From Perna viridis (lineage: Eukaryota), in assembly GCA_037379345.1 (NCBI GenBank), contig CM074516.1:13640001-13704000 (forward strand): a stretch of 64,000 bases of DNA, given 5' to 3'. Positions within the stretch are counted from its first letter, which is position 1. Every line of letters begins with the position of its first letter. The notes below the pieces were generated by a model. It did no database searches. It was not told where the DNA came from and saw only the letters and a list, made by a program, of their open reading frames with translations. Made by a program: the position numbers and the translations under genes. Shown one piece after another: positions 1 through 13,891 of the stretch.

Positions 1-333
1 ACATGCCACAGTGAAGACTAAGGCTTACATAGTATCATTACTATCTCTAGACAATTCATCAGGACACGACGAGACGTTATGGCTCAACTGAAGTTCTAAC
101 ATTACAAATATATTTTCACGAAAGGAAATAAAGTCAAAGCAGATTACAAAGATCAAGTTTAGGATAAAGAAAAATGAGTTTGGTAATAAAGAAAATTATA
201 GAGACAGGATTGATTTGAAAGGTGATAAATAATTTGACATCACATGACATTATATTTTGAAAAGAAGTAGTTTTACCTGAAAACTATTTTCTCTTTTAAA
301 TATTTTCACAGCAAACAATTGCGGTTTAAAGTT

Positions 334-646
334 AAGATTAATCAAAGGAACCAAGATTCCAACAGAAATCAAAAGAATGTATTTCAGGGACAAAGATCAG
401 ACATGGAAAACTGACGCACGTACACAAAAGGGTATGAATAACCAAAATAATACATACAAAGTAACAAAAGTAAATAAGCAACTCGAACTCCAAAAAAAGT
501 GAGAGCATGGACCAGGTGCACCGGTATGGTAAGCGTCCTCTGCTCTTCTAAAAAGCACCCACCGATTTGCTCATAGAAAGTCAAATCCAGTGCAGACGAA
601 AGAGGAAAGGAAAACTTTGACACGTTGAACAAATCAGTTTTCATTG
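334..646 (-). mobile_element. Family R dispersed repeat (probable 3' end of a non-LTR retroelement)
   Basis: Core ...GGACGCTTACC(C)TACCGGTGCACCTGGTCCATGCTC... and a common terminus ...CCCTTGATTACTCTT shared by many copies, with variable truncation at the other end. Confidence 0.85.
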
Positions 647-1069
647 TGTAAAGGGAATAAGAATTTCGAATCTGAATATGGGATGATGAATGGGGAGATT
701 GGGAATCTCAGCATACAAAAAAAAACAACAGTAATTTAAATAATTTAAAATCTCAATTATAAAATATAACTTGGTTATGTATATTATTAAGAAAAATGCA
801 ATGATGATTCAGTGGGGAATGGGTATATTTCTATGGAGAATGCCATATGGGAATTGGAGATGGGGACATCGGAAGATGATGGGATGGGGTAATATGGTGT
901 ATTGTAAAGTTTATTCACTGGGAAATGGGTATATTTCCATGGAGAATTCCCTATGGGGATTAGAGATGGAAACATTGGAAGATGGAATGGGGCTGATATG
1001 GTGTAATGTGAAGTTTATTCCATTCAAGGGATGAAAATAAGGTAAATGCGGTCGACCAGGCTAAGGATC

Positions 1070-1210
1070 GCAACTCTTTAATCCACTGATATGGTCTTAC
1101 TTACTACTTTTGGTTAAATGCCACCCCCTATATAGTATCAAAAACACACTGAACCTAGAACTATGCAAGAGCATCTGTGTGTGTTGATCAAAAGTAATCA
1201 AAACAAAGCT
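1070..1210. repeat. Dispersed repeat fragment, inverted homologue at ~15422-15578
   Basis: CAAAAACACACTGA..CTATGCAA..TGTTGATCAAAAGTA versus TACTTTTGATCAACA..TTGCATAG..TCAGTGTGTTTTTG. Confidence 0.7.
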
Positions 1211-1579
1211 TAGAATGTGTTCTTCAAAATCATATTTGTAATTTTCTGCAAAAGTATATGAAAATTGTGTGAGTAATTTGCCTCCATTGTATTAGTTGCC
1301 AGAAAAGCTAAACATTTCGACTGTCGGTATTAATTATTCGAGTCAATTTCGTGAAAAAATTCAACAATCATCGTATCATCAGCATAATGATTTTGAAAGC
1401 CTTCTTCTCCAAGCATCGCTATGGTATACATCATAAAGATGCCATTTGACCTGGGAATTCACAGTGAAACTTTGAATATTAATTTTTTGACATGAAAAGT
1501 AATGGGAAAGTTAGAATTGGATAGTGAAAGCTATGCTTGTATTATATTTAATTTAATTAGAGTCTGTAAAGCATATTTT

Positions 1580-1755
1580 TTACCAGGTTCATGCACCCAG
1601 TCTTTAGTGGAGGCTAGTTTGTTCATTTACCTTTGAATCTTTGTCCATGTATTTTGTTAATTCCATGTTCTTTGTTATGTGCCTTTTTCCCTGTCTAGCT
1701 TTATCCTTAGAATATATTGATTTCTGCCCAAATATTGATTCCCTTTATTACACTT
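1580..1755 (+). mobile_element. Family R repeat, diverged fragment
   Basis: CCCAGTCTTTAGTGGAG...CCCTTTATTACACTT aligns by eye to the family R 3' half. Confidence 0.65.
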
Positions 1756-2522
1756 ATGTAAAATAAAATAGTTTACACAAATGTACTAATGATTTATAAG
1801 GGGTATGTCCTTTTCACCCATATCTACCTCCTTAAATCAAGAATATGTAATGAATCGATTTCAGACAGAATCATACTGTTTATAACTTATATTTTTAAAC
1901 ACCACAGTATTGTTGTTAGTAATGTAAATTAAATTTGGATATCAATAACCTTTGCGATTGTCAGTTGCAAAAATAGAAAAGTCCTCTTTAAGGCACTTCA
2001 GTAAAATACCTACAAAGTGCAAAGTCAGACTAAGATTTTCATGAGAGACATATTATATGCTTATTACATTTAAAGGTGTTAAGCTTTGTACAATGTACTG
2101 ATACACATTGTGGAGAAGAGTATTATACTTCGTACACTTTCGATCATTAACATTTTACATTACTTTATTTATACATGTATTAAGCTGCCTGATATATTTT
2201 CCTATGGATGGTCCATCGACAAAAATATTAATAACGTTATCCATAGTCAAAATATTATCACAGTTTGTCTCTGTGTTGTCTGTCTACAAAGTCGTCAAAC
2301 TCAATACCCTTTCACAGAATAAAAGAGTTTGCTTGAAACAGCAGATTTTCTTATCATGTTGTCATTTGCTAGTAATCTCAGTAAGGAGCATATTACAACA
2401 ATATAATACCAATAAAGCGCAGGATTATTTGCTCTTATGTATGTCGCCAGAAGCTAAAACATATTTCGCTTAACAAATACAAAATTGGGTGTATATTTTC
2501 GTTTTGTTTGTTTGTTTGCTTG

Positions 2523-2554
<32 letters not shown>

Positions 2555-4371
2555 TTGCTTTTATAATAATGCGCTCTAAATAAGTTTCATTGCCTTTATT
2601 TTTGTATAGCCTGACTTTGCCTAGGGTCCAATTGACTTGGTTTTACATGTTTAGACCTACAAATATGAGGTGTTGTTATTCATTGACAAACTGATATTTT
2701 GAAAGAAAAAGGATTGTTATTTAAAACATTTTTATAATAAATCTTGATATCATTTATCAGAATTTAATTCTTTTATCATTGTGTAAGAAGTATGGATGAG
2801 GATGAGTGCCATCAGAACATGTGTCACACTTATACAGCAATTCAATACAGCTTCCCAAGTCATGTATCCAAATATTCTGCCATATTAAGTCAAAGAGTGT
2901 GTATGCTAAAACAAATGAACTTTGTTATTATATCACTTGCGAGCTATCATATTGAGAAGTAAAAACCAATTGAACAAGTAAATAATTGCTATGATTGACA
3001 ACCTATCAGTCTCATGTATGTATGGCTTTAAAGACGTAAAAACATTTCACCATAAAAATTCCCTTTTCATTAATTTATCTTGTTTTTTGTTTTTTGTTTT
3101 TTTGTCTTTTTTTTTTGATTTTTTTTTTTTTTTTGTTTTTTTTCTTTCTTAAGCCTATCAGGCTTAGCATCGCTTCTTTTATACTTCTCTTTTGATTGAC
3201 ATAGCCTTACAAATCTGCATGATCTGGCTCTGCCACAGTATATACTTAGTTATAAAATGTATTTTGAGTTGTTATTCAAAGACATTGTAATTATTGGTAT
3301 TCAAAACGAAAAGAAAGTTTCTTGATTTTTTTTTAAAATGGTTTCCTTTTTTTTAATGTACATTTTTTTGCTTATTACTTAGTAATTGCAAACGTTTTAT
3401 TGCACGATACAGAAGTGAAAGAAAACGTGCCCTTATAAGACGTGATTCATTATTACTGTCATATTCACGATCGCTCTCATACATTAAGTTAAAAAGTATG
3501 CATGTTCAAAACAAAAAAGATCTCCTAGTCATTATGTCATTTGCGAGTTATCACAGTTAGAAACAAATCAGACTTCTATTAAAACCATTAAACAAAAGAT
3601 TAGTCGCCAAGTTCGACAACCTATCATTCCAATAATATCATGGCTTCACAGAGCTAAAACACGCTACGCAACAAAAACGATCTTTCTTTTCTAATTACCT
3701 TGATATAATAGCTCTTGTTAAGCGAAGATCACGTGATATTCTGTAGTTCATTTCAATTATGAAAGATTGATGCCAGAATGTCTTGAGTTTATTGCCACAA
3801 AAACATATTTTATCTTCTAATTCCAAAAAATGTGTTTTAGAAAGCCCTGAAGAATGAAAATTTACATTAACATGGAGTAATTACCATAAATGCTTTCAAA
3901 GAATAGTAGGTTATTTAGATAATAACTCTGTTCTGACTTAATGCACAAGAATTCATCAGTATCAGGGCATCTACTTTGCTTCAAAGGGTGATAAAACTAT
4001 CTACATATTTTATTTAACAGGCATGTGATCGTTAAGCCATGAAGGATGTTTGTGTGTTAAGGCAGGAAGTGCAAAAGGAAAATACTCCTGTTATGCCGTA
4101 TTTTGAAGAGCAATCTTAAATTACATACCAATAAAATACTTTATTTCCTTTTGTCAGGAAATATTTAAAATAATGTACCTTTAGCGTCGATTTTGTAGCT
4201 CAATTTGCCTATGGGTAGACTTTTTATTGTTTCGTTCATTACTGTTTTCTTAAGTAATTTTGAGATTATTTTGTTTGTAATGATTTTCAAAGTACAGATT
4301 TGTGTTATTATCATTCAAAAATATGTCAGGTCTTAGAACAAAATGCTTTTTGGGAACTTTTGATTATTTAA

Positions 4372-4720
4372 AAGAGTAATCAAGGGAACCAAGGTTATAG
4401 CGGTAATCAAAAGAATATAATCCAGGGACAAAGACCAGACATGGAAAACAGACACACACAACAAAGAAGATAAAGTAACTAAAATCATACATACAAAGTA
4501 ACAAAAGTAAATGAGCAACTCGGACTCCACTAAAAACTGGGAGCATGTACCAGGTGCACCGGTAGGGTAAGCGTCCTCTGCTTTTCTAGAAACACCCGCC
4601 GAGTTGCTCATAAAAAGTCAAGTCCGGGGTAGACAAACGAGGAAAGGAAAACTATGACCCGTTGAATAAATCAGTTTTCATTATGCTGATGGATACATCA
4701 TAACGATCCACGAGTTCATG
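4372..4720 (-). mobile_element. Family R repeat, long copy
   Basis: Near-identical to 20596-20940 and to the reverse complement of 13657-13891; source of spurious ORFs 4333-4611 and 4364-4546. Confidence 0.9.
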
Positions 4721-6204
4721 ATGACGACTATCCTTATGCTTTTCATAAATTTAAAAACACAGTTCCATGATGAGAAGAAAATAAGATTGTTGATTCAATT
4801 CCTACGAATAAGTTGTAAGGCACACCACATTTTCTACAATTCAGTTATTTTTTTTATTTTTTTACACACAATATTCAACAGAAGGAAAGGATCAACCATG
4901 GTTAAGCGTAAAAAATGCATCAGCGTAAAACCTAAATACAAAATTTATATTTTCAGAGTTCACCAAAAGACCTTCAACAAGTCTAAGGATACCTTTAAGT
5001 AAGCTCTAAATAGCCCCGAAAACAAAAGTGATAAAATCGACGATAACCAAACGATGATAATTCATCAAAATTCAACTAAAAGGTGATAAAACGACACTAA
5101 GACACATTAAGACTAACATATCCTAAATGTGAGCAGGCGAATGAAATCTTTGTTGGGGTAAAATTAGTTTTATAAGACTTAATCATCCCCTTTATTGCAA
5201 GGTTAAAAATGGACTGAGACCAGACATACACAAACCATACAATTCACTCAATACTACATCCATTTCTTTCCCTGGAATATCTCAACAAAATGCGATATCC
5301 AATTAAAGAACGTCGCCTACAGTTATTGTTTATTTGTTTTCTATGTGTGTTTAATGTTTGTGTGCAATTTAAAAAATTCAAATCAAACCGACATTTGATG
5401 TAGCATCATCAGAATAATACATACTTGGAAATATACTCCAAGATAAAACACTTCTAGTGATTTTATGATTGGGGCGTGTGCTTTGTGATATCATTTAACT
5501 GTTTTACTTGCTTTATGTCGATTTTCATAACTTTGGAATAGTCGTTTGAATTTCGCATTGCACTATATAGCGAGCTTGAAAAAAGAACTTAATGCTGCAT
5601 TTACTAGGTTGTAGTGTGTACAATATAAATATCTGAAGATTGTAGTTTACAACGAAGTAGACCAATGACTGTTATCTAAAATCTAGCTATAATTATCATG
5701 TAATATTTTGGTTTAATAAAGAATACCTTAGTCATCTTCAGGCGGGGGATAAGTTGCTTAAAAGAAACTCAATCATTTGGAATGTGGATACCTGTAGTCA
5801 TTTTTGTCGTGAATAATAAGTTTAATGTAAATCAAATGCTTTTTTTCATCAAATGTACTTCGTTTGAATTTGGATTTTAATCTACCTATGTACAGTAACA
5901 TTATTGGATTCTTACGCTGCTGGTGAGAGATTTTTTTTTTAAACACGCGAACAGCATATCCAAATCTACAATATGTCTGTATTAACCGAAATATTGTTCA
6001 GGCAATTCTGTGCAAGAACTGTTCATTAATTGAATATCTGGTGATCACAAACATAAAGTCGTTAATTGGCATCGTTTTTGAATAGTTGTCAAAGTTTCGA
6101 GATCTTTCCTATAATTTAATTAGAGTGATTACATGCATTCTGATTGAAAAAAAATATATCTATCATTGCGTTAACCTACTTTTGTTAGTGACTGATCTGA
6201 TCCA

Positions 6205-6556
6205 CTTTTTTCCGACACATTCGGTATTCAGTTCGCTTTGACATCACATGACACCAGTATGCTTATACAAGGCAACGTCAACCGATGGAACTTACAACCT
6301 CACATTATATTAGACAAAGATGATAGCAACCGTGAAATTAAAGGCCCCGTTTGCGGTATTGGTGTCCGGAATATTTTCAATCACGTTTCTATAATCTTTT
6401 ATATAAGAATAGTTTGAAATAGGTTACTTGTTGAAACAACTATATAATTAAAATACGAACATATCACAGTGATCCTACAGTTCACCAAATAAAATCTAAT
6501 TTCGGATTTGAAATGAACAATGCGTCGGATACTTTTTTTATAGATAGTACTTGTTT
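6205..6556 (+). repeat. Dispersed repeat shared with 50985-51341
   Basis: TTCGCTTTG..GATAGCAACCGTGAAAT..TTACTTGTTGAA..ATGCGTCGG..GTACTTGTT colinear in both. Confidence 0.8.
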
Positions 6557-9000
6557 AATGACGTATTTAATAGTACTTGTTTGTTTGTTTTGTTTTGTTT
6601 TGTTGATGGTTTGTTTGTTTGTTTGTTTTTGCGTTTATAATTAACTTTGATACCAAAATTATAATAATATAGGATGTCTGTTATAATCTGCTTATTTGAA
6701 ATAGTCTCAATGCACGTTGTGCGCACAAAATAACCCGTAAATGAAGGTTATTAAAAAAAATATATGCAGTCATTCCTAAATACGGTGATTTGTTCTATTG
6801 TAAAATCTTGCTCTAGTATTCCACATGAGCTAAATATTAGAACAATGATTGCCGGTTGGATTTCTTGTTTTTTTTATTTTCTCACACGGAGAGGGTAATC
6901 ATCCTGTATTTATCCTATCCGCCATGCAAAACAATATTGTCAATATCGAATAAAAGTTAATTAATGAGATATAAAATTCTATTTATCTTAGAGCTAAAGG
7001 CGACAGCTGTTACTGTTATATGATGGATTAAAACATTTACGTAATCGAACGAAATGACTTTGTAGTTTGAAATTATACTAATGTAAATGGTGGTGAAGAA
7101 TGAAGGTCGATAGGAAAAAATACGAATCCAAAAACAATTTACTTAGGAGTGATTCCTGGCCACTGTTTATATATATACAATAATCTATAATTTATTTAAC
7201 CAATGAAAACTGATCGTTTGAATTATTGACCTTAAATGGGTGAAAAAAGGTTGATATATCATTTATTTACGCATTCTCAATAATGCCATATAATGTGCAC
7301 TATTTTTGCATGTAAGATTTCAGTCGCCAACTTCATGTTTTAAAACTTTAATTTTAAAATAGAATTTATTAACGTATCAATTTCAGGTTTCATTTGCAGT
7401 CTTATTACGCATATTTCCGGTGAATCGAATTGGGAAGACTTGTAATGCGCAAGAATGACAAGCGGTTATAAACATAAAATAGTTGCCCGTAACCTTTATT
7501 TTTTTCCATTATAAAAAGTACATGTGCCAAATGTGAAGCTCGTTTTTTTGCAAATAAGAAAAATCAATAAATAACATGTTATATACATGTAGGTAAAACA
7601 TGTTTGTATGATACTTTAGCCATGTTGTTTTGGCATTGAATATTATATTTGTCAAAATAATATACTCGATAAATCCATTTATTTTTCACCATTTTAACGC
7701 ATCATTACCAAAAATGAACAATCTGATTTTGTAGTGAAAACAATCTTTGGAACTTTAGTATTTTTAATATGCAAAATGATTTGATCTATATCAGATTAAT
7801 GCGTCATGGTTTACTTCAAGTCAATAACACTACAAACATTCAGATCACCACTGCTTATGGACACCCATATATCAAGGACGCAAAAATAGCCTGCTAATAA
7901 ACCGGTGATAGCTGTTCCTTGAAGTGATCCATCAACTTATCTATCAGGTCTTATTATTGAATTACCTCGCCTTTTATTTCACCTTTGATTTAAGCGTAAC
8001 TCGTTGCAGCAATGAAATCTCAAGAGGAACTACTGTATATGTAGGAGGTTAATAAAGTAATACATTTATACAGATTTGTCAACGATAAATCGCGTACATA
8101 GAAAATTATGATATATATTTTACCCATTGCTCGATGTTATCTGTTCACAATAATTTGCCAATATCATTTATAGATGCAACAGCATGCACATAAAGTTAAG
8201 ACTGTTTCTGTGATTACTTTTTACAAATATCGCTAAATAAATAATCACCCTTCCTGTGCACCTGGTACTGTCACCCATTTTTTTCTTTATCTGTCACTTT
8301 CTTTGATTTTATTTCAGTTTTGCATTGATAGTGGTTACCTTTGGTGCATATTTCAGTGTATTGCTACTTTTCAGTTATAGTTAAGAACCGTTTTCGTCAC
8401 TTGTGACAAAGTGAAAGCCGAAAAGTTCTGTTAATGTATACACTACTTAATTTGATAACATAAGTATTTTCGTGCGCGTGCACGTGTTCCGTGTATCTGG
8501 AATTATTCATTCGAACTGTGATAATGCTGATCTCTATGAGCTGAAAATTAAATTCTTGACATTTTATGTAACAAAACAAAGCAAAGCTGAATACTAGTAA
8601 CGCATTGGTTACTCGTCATGCAAAGCTTCAAAATGATTTTCGTGCATAAGTTCTAAAACAGAAAAAGCTAAAATTTTACAGTTACAAATAAGTAAAATTT
8701 CAACTTGAAAAGAATCTGACAAATACAACGGTATAACAGTCATTATGCAAATAATGCTAAATCAACCCGGTGTCAACAAATTAGTTTGTTCTCTAGCAGA
8801 ATAACACTTTATATTATATAATATAATATATTTTCTGTACATGCGTAGTTATATTCTAAAATCCGAAACGGAACTGTCACAACTCAAACTCATATAGGAA
8901 TGAAATGCAATTCTGTGTTTAAGCATCTAATATGCCATGAAAACGGCTAAATTTGTATTTTATTTTTAAAGCAAATTCAAACTCAAAACAACGTATTGAA

Positions 9001-9165
9001 ATAGTAATCAAGGGCATCAAGATTATAGCGGTAATCAAAAGAATGTAATCCAGGGACAAAGACTAGACATGGAAAACAGACATACACAACAAAGAACATG
9101 GAGTAACTGAAATCATACATACAAGATAACAAAAGCAAATGAGCAACTCGGACTCCACTAAAAAA
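9001..9165 (-). mobile_element. Family R repeat, truncated
   Basis: AGTAATCAAGGG...GAGCAACTCGGACTCCACTAAAAA. Confidence 0.85.
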
Positions 9166-9186
9166 ATGAAATAAATCAATATTCAA

Positions 9187-9346
9187 TTAAGAATTGGCTA
9201 TGATAAAAATTTTGTCTATTGAAAAATAACATAAATTTTCCATGTGCATATTTTGTTTATTGCACTTCGCCCAAAAACAATATGCACATGGAAAATTTAT
9301 GTTGTTATTTTTCAATAGACAAATTTTTATCATAGACAATTCTTAA
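9187..9346. repeat. Near-perfect long inverted repeat (collapsed palindromic element)
   Basis: TTAAGAATTG.CTATGATAAAAATTT...CCATGTGCATATT / AATATGCACATGG...TTTTTATCATAGACAATTCTTAA, ~65-bp arms. Confidence 0.9.
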
Positions 9347-12300
9347 ATAAATTTTAATACATATTTTTATGTTTAAACATGAGAAAAGTAGCTCTGAATT
9401 TAACTGAATAAGGTCGTGTCAATATTGTTTTTATCCATTGAGATATAACAAAATTATTTTCACCAATCAGATTACAGTATTTATCTCAAATTATTATTTT
9501 TTTCTTTTTTTTTTTTTTTTTGCCTATCACATAAAATCCGCTTGGTAGTCCATCAGCACTCATTTATTCGAGAGAGACTCTTAATCTTCCTTAATACAGG
9601 CGAAAATATTGGATGCAAGCAATACTCAAGAGATAGAAAGGTTAACGCTATATTTTCATTCATGTAATTTTTTCCTTTTCCAACTATCCATCACAGCTGT
9701 TAATGGCCAAAACCTTATTTCTAAAGCAATCAACATTTACTGAGTTATAAATGGATATGCAACATGAACTCAGTCACGTGCTATTTCGATGCATATTCAG
9801 CATACGACTAAGAATACCGAACAAAGCCCTTGTTTACTTGTACATAAATGTTTTTAAGAATGAAAGGAGGAATACTTTAGTGATAATTTGTGTTAATTCC
9901 GATGATTTAAAATACATTTATTGTAAGTATTAGTAATGTTGGTATTTCAGACAGTATCAACACGTCTGGAGACCATACATTTTCAGTATTCTACTACCTC
10001 ACATGTAGTTGAGTTATGAATTTCATGACCAATTTCTTTTCTAATGTTATGTTTTGTTTTGTTGTTGTTGATTTCAGTATTGTTTTTTATTTGTTCAGGG
10101 AACACTTAGTATGTACTGATATGTTCAAATACTTAACACATTACGATATTGGACCACTTGTCTTCAAATCCATAGCAATTCTTTTACATGAAGAATGTTA
10201 GCATACTAAAAAGGGGAGAAAGTGGAAATGTAGAATGGGTAAACAGCTCTGCCATAATGTTTCGACCGAAAGCAGTCAAAATATCTTCGAATTTGACTTC
10301 GTCTTTTGAAACAAATTAGCAAAGAGAAGTAAAATTCCAACCCGAAAAACTGGTTTATGGTCCTGCTGGAGCAATGGACAAGAGTATCCCTTAAATCAAG
10401 TCATTCGCTGTAAATGGAGTTGCGGAAAGTGCAATTCGGTAATTATTAGTGTGAAAATGCTTTAAGCATCCAAGACAAATATTCCATTTCCAAATGAGAC
10501 CTCCAACCATCGTGTCGTGTGTTCATGATGGACGTCCCTTTGAAAAATACTTGCTAAAATGTCTTGTATCCCGTAAATAACAAAAAATGTCTATTGGCTA
10601 TTGCTATTTATGGAAATTTTTAAAACTACTAATGTACTACCTACGGTAAAACCTTCCGTAAACTACCCAAAATCAACCGGAATCCTAACCAAACCAGCCT
10701 TCATCTGTACAAACCGAACACCATCCTAAAGCAAACAAATACTACAGTTCAAAAGGGCTTCGATTTAGACAGATTATACCGTTTTTAATTTAATAATCGA
10801 TTTCGCAAAAGTAAATATAAAGTTGATCACAACCTAAAATAGAATTGTGACGTCATAATTTTCGATCGATCAATTTCTGTACCACTATACTGTAACGCTG
10901 GTCAAAACAGAAGCATTTTTGACTTTTCTATTGGTTTGGCTTAATATGTGTTCGGTTTACAATGTTAAACATTACAACTCATAAAAATTGGTATAAAGTG
11001 AATAAAAAGTGTCTTGTTTAGATGGGATTTCGAAATAGGTATGATTGAGTCGGTTTTGACAGGTCTGATGGTTATAGACAGGTTTGAGTGAGTGACAGAT
11101 AAACGGCAATTCACACCATTCAAAATCCAAAAAATATTACATTTTCATTGATGTTTCTACAAATCATAAACGTATATCTATATCCCCGTAATTCCAATTC
11201 AAGAACCATCTTTTCGTTTTATTGTATCGTAAATCATTAAGCAATTCATGGGAACTGTAATATCTGATGCGCTAATAGGAAAATTAAATCGAATCATTGA
11301 AGATAAATTGTCTTCCCATGTCAATTCTAGAATACTTCCAAAAATTAAACTAACATATGACTTGATTTAGTTTCAAGCTTTTTTACTTTAAAATTAAACA
11401 GTGGTAAGATCAATTTAAAAGTTGGCATTTGCTGAATATGACCTACGGCATTACACATGTAAACCTTCTGATGCTTGTAATCTTGTCTCCAAACTGTTTG
11501 TGACCGCCGAGAAATTTGACATGTTTTTGGTAGGTGTGTTATTCTTGGCGTGTACAATATGTGTTGTCCATCCCCGTTTGCTCGACCAATACGTCCTCGT
11601 TCTGACATTTTTTAGCTTCCAATAAAGTTTGACCAAAACATTGTTTCTAATGTAATAACTTTTGCTTTGTTTCGTTTTTCTCCTTTTATTTGTCAAATTT
11701 TACATCATCTAGGAAAGGCCATGAAAGAAACAATACAATTGGAAATCAATGGAGTTAGATTGTATTTCAATGCATGGATAGTCCTACTAAGCTGGTTTTC
11801 TGTTGTCCATTTGCAAATTTGTTTATAAATAAGCAAAAATGCCAAGGAAGACAATTTGTGTATATTATGTTTGGTACATTGTCTAAAAGGACTAAACTTT
11901 TGATTTTTACAATTTGAAAACAGGTGGGGTTAAAATAAACCAGGTCACAAATTATTTTGCTTCAGCTAGGTGTATTGCTTTCAAGGAAGAAACATTAACT
12001 ACCAAAAACAAATAAAAATACAAAAAAACATTAGTTCTGAAAAAAGTAGGACCTACAAACTGATCAATCATCTAATACATCAACACTCATTTCTCAATCG
12101 ACTTTCCATCTTCCTTTCACTCCTAACGTAACATGACACGGCACTGGCTTTTCTTTTACACACTTTCTTTGATGAAGTGTAATGGATTTCTCTCGAGTAA
12201 ACAAATTGCCAAGATTACAAAAGGCATACTTTTTAGAGTGATGGACAAAACGATATCAAAACGTGGCAGACATTATCAACAAAGTGGTCAACCTATATAT

Positions 12301-12548
12301 AGCGTTTCATTTCCATTATTTTTTTATACATTTGATATTTTTTGTACTTATTATTTTTCACCGAATACTTTGTTCGTATAGAAATATACCAAAATACGCC
12401 AAAGGTTTATTACACATACATTCAGAAGAATAGGATATTGATGAGAAGCCATAATCAACATATCTTTTAGAAATGTTTATTACATCCAAGTACGAAATCT
12501 ATTACCAATCACATTTCAGAAAATGCACTTTAACATTGGGACATTTTA

Positions 12549-12690
12549 AAGAGTAATCAAGGAAACTACGATTCTAAGAAGATAATGTAACTAAAATCAT
12601 ACATACAAAGTAAAAAAAAGCAAATGGGCAACTTTGACTCCACTAAAAACTAGGAGCATGGAACAGGTGCACCGGTAGGGTAAGCGTCTT
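12549..12690 (-). mobile_element. Family R repeat with internal deletion
   Basis: AAGAGTAATCAAGG terminus joined to ...CAGGTGCACCGGTAGGGTAAGCGTC. Confidence 0.8.
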
Positions 12691-13656
12691 GGGAAATTAT
12701 GAAATGTGCATACGAGCTCGGTCTTGTTTCTAGAAATTATATGTAGTTAATGTTAATAAACCTTGTATCTGAAGATTTGATTTTTCTATCATAAATTATG
12801 CATGTTTTTGTTTGTTTGTTTGTTTTTTGTTTTGTTTTTGTTTTGTTTTGCTGTTTTTCTTTTTGTTTTTTTTTTCAATGCTAAATTCAGGTCGTTAATT
12901 CTTTCGGTTCTTACATTCCGTTTCCCTTGCAATCACCCCATGTCACTGAACATGAACATCTATGTAACCTGATATACAATTATACATGACTATAGTTTCG
13001 GTATATACTGTGCGTGTATGTATTACCACGCTAATGCCATGAGAAATACAAACTAGCACGACTTCTTTGACAAGACTCAAATCGTAAGTTTTGGTATTTT
13101 GTCCAATAACCACTAAATAGGAATAAACAACAAACCGCATACAGCGCTAAATTCAGCCCAAAAATTATATAAGATGTGCATTAATGTACAATGCATATGA
13201 CACTTCTTTAAAAGTTTTGAAAGTTGAGCGACTTTGTTAACAATTGATTCTTTATGTGCCCCGACATCCCTATTTTGCTTTAAAATTTTACAAATTAAGT
13301 AGCACTCCAGGAAAAAATCATGCAAGTTCTGAAAAATGTGATACACCTTAAAAAGGTACATATTTTTACTTTTGTTATTATGTTGTTATGTAGGTCTATA
13401 TGATGACGTGTATATTTATTCATTCAAACCTGTCTGCTCTTACGAGATAATCCACATGACAAATCTAATAGTTTCTATTGAATTTTATTATCATTTACAT
13501 AGTTATTTCCCACAATTTTGAATTCTACAGTACATTCTATATAATCTTCAACTCCTCTGATCATGGGTTGAAAAGCCACATGTTAATTTCTGTTAACTAT
13601 AACATATTAAACAAAATTTCAAAAATATAATTAGGTAGGCTTTCCATACATGAATC

Positions 13657-13891
13657 AAACTCGGCGGTTGTTTCTAGAAAAGCAGAAGACGCTTACCCTA
13701 CCGGTGAACCTGGTCCATACTCCCAGTTTTTAGTGGAGTCCGAGTTGCTCATTTGCTTTTGTTACTTTGTATGTATGATTTCAGTTATTTTATGTTCTTT
13801 GTTGTGTATGTCTGTTTTCCATGTCTGTTCTTTGTCTCTGGATTACATTCTTTTGATTACCCTATAACCTTGGTTCCCTTGATTACTCTTT
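13657..13891 (+). mobile_element. Family R repeat
   Basis: Reverse complement of the 4372-4610 segment. Confidence 0.9.

Noticed and set aside
666-1040. G/W/M-rich ORF 771-1034
   Set aside because: Degenerate GGGAAT/ATGG low-complexity repeat.
11345-11696. Three overlapping ORFs in a slightly GC-richer patch
   Set aside because: No recognisable motif and no consistent exon partner.
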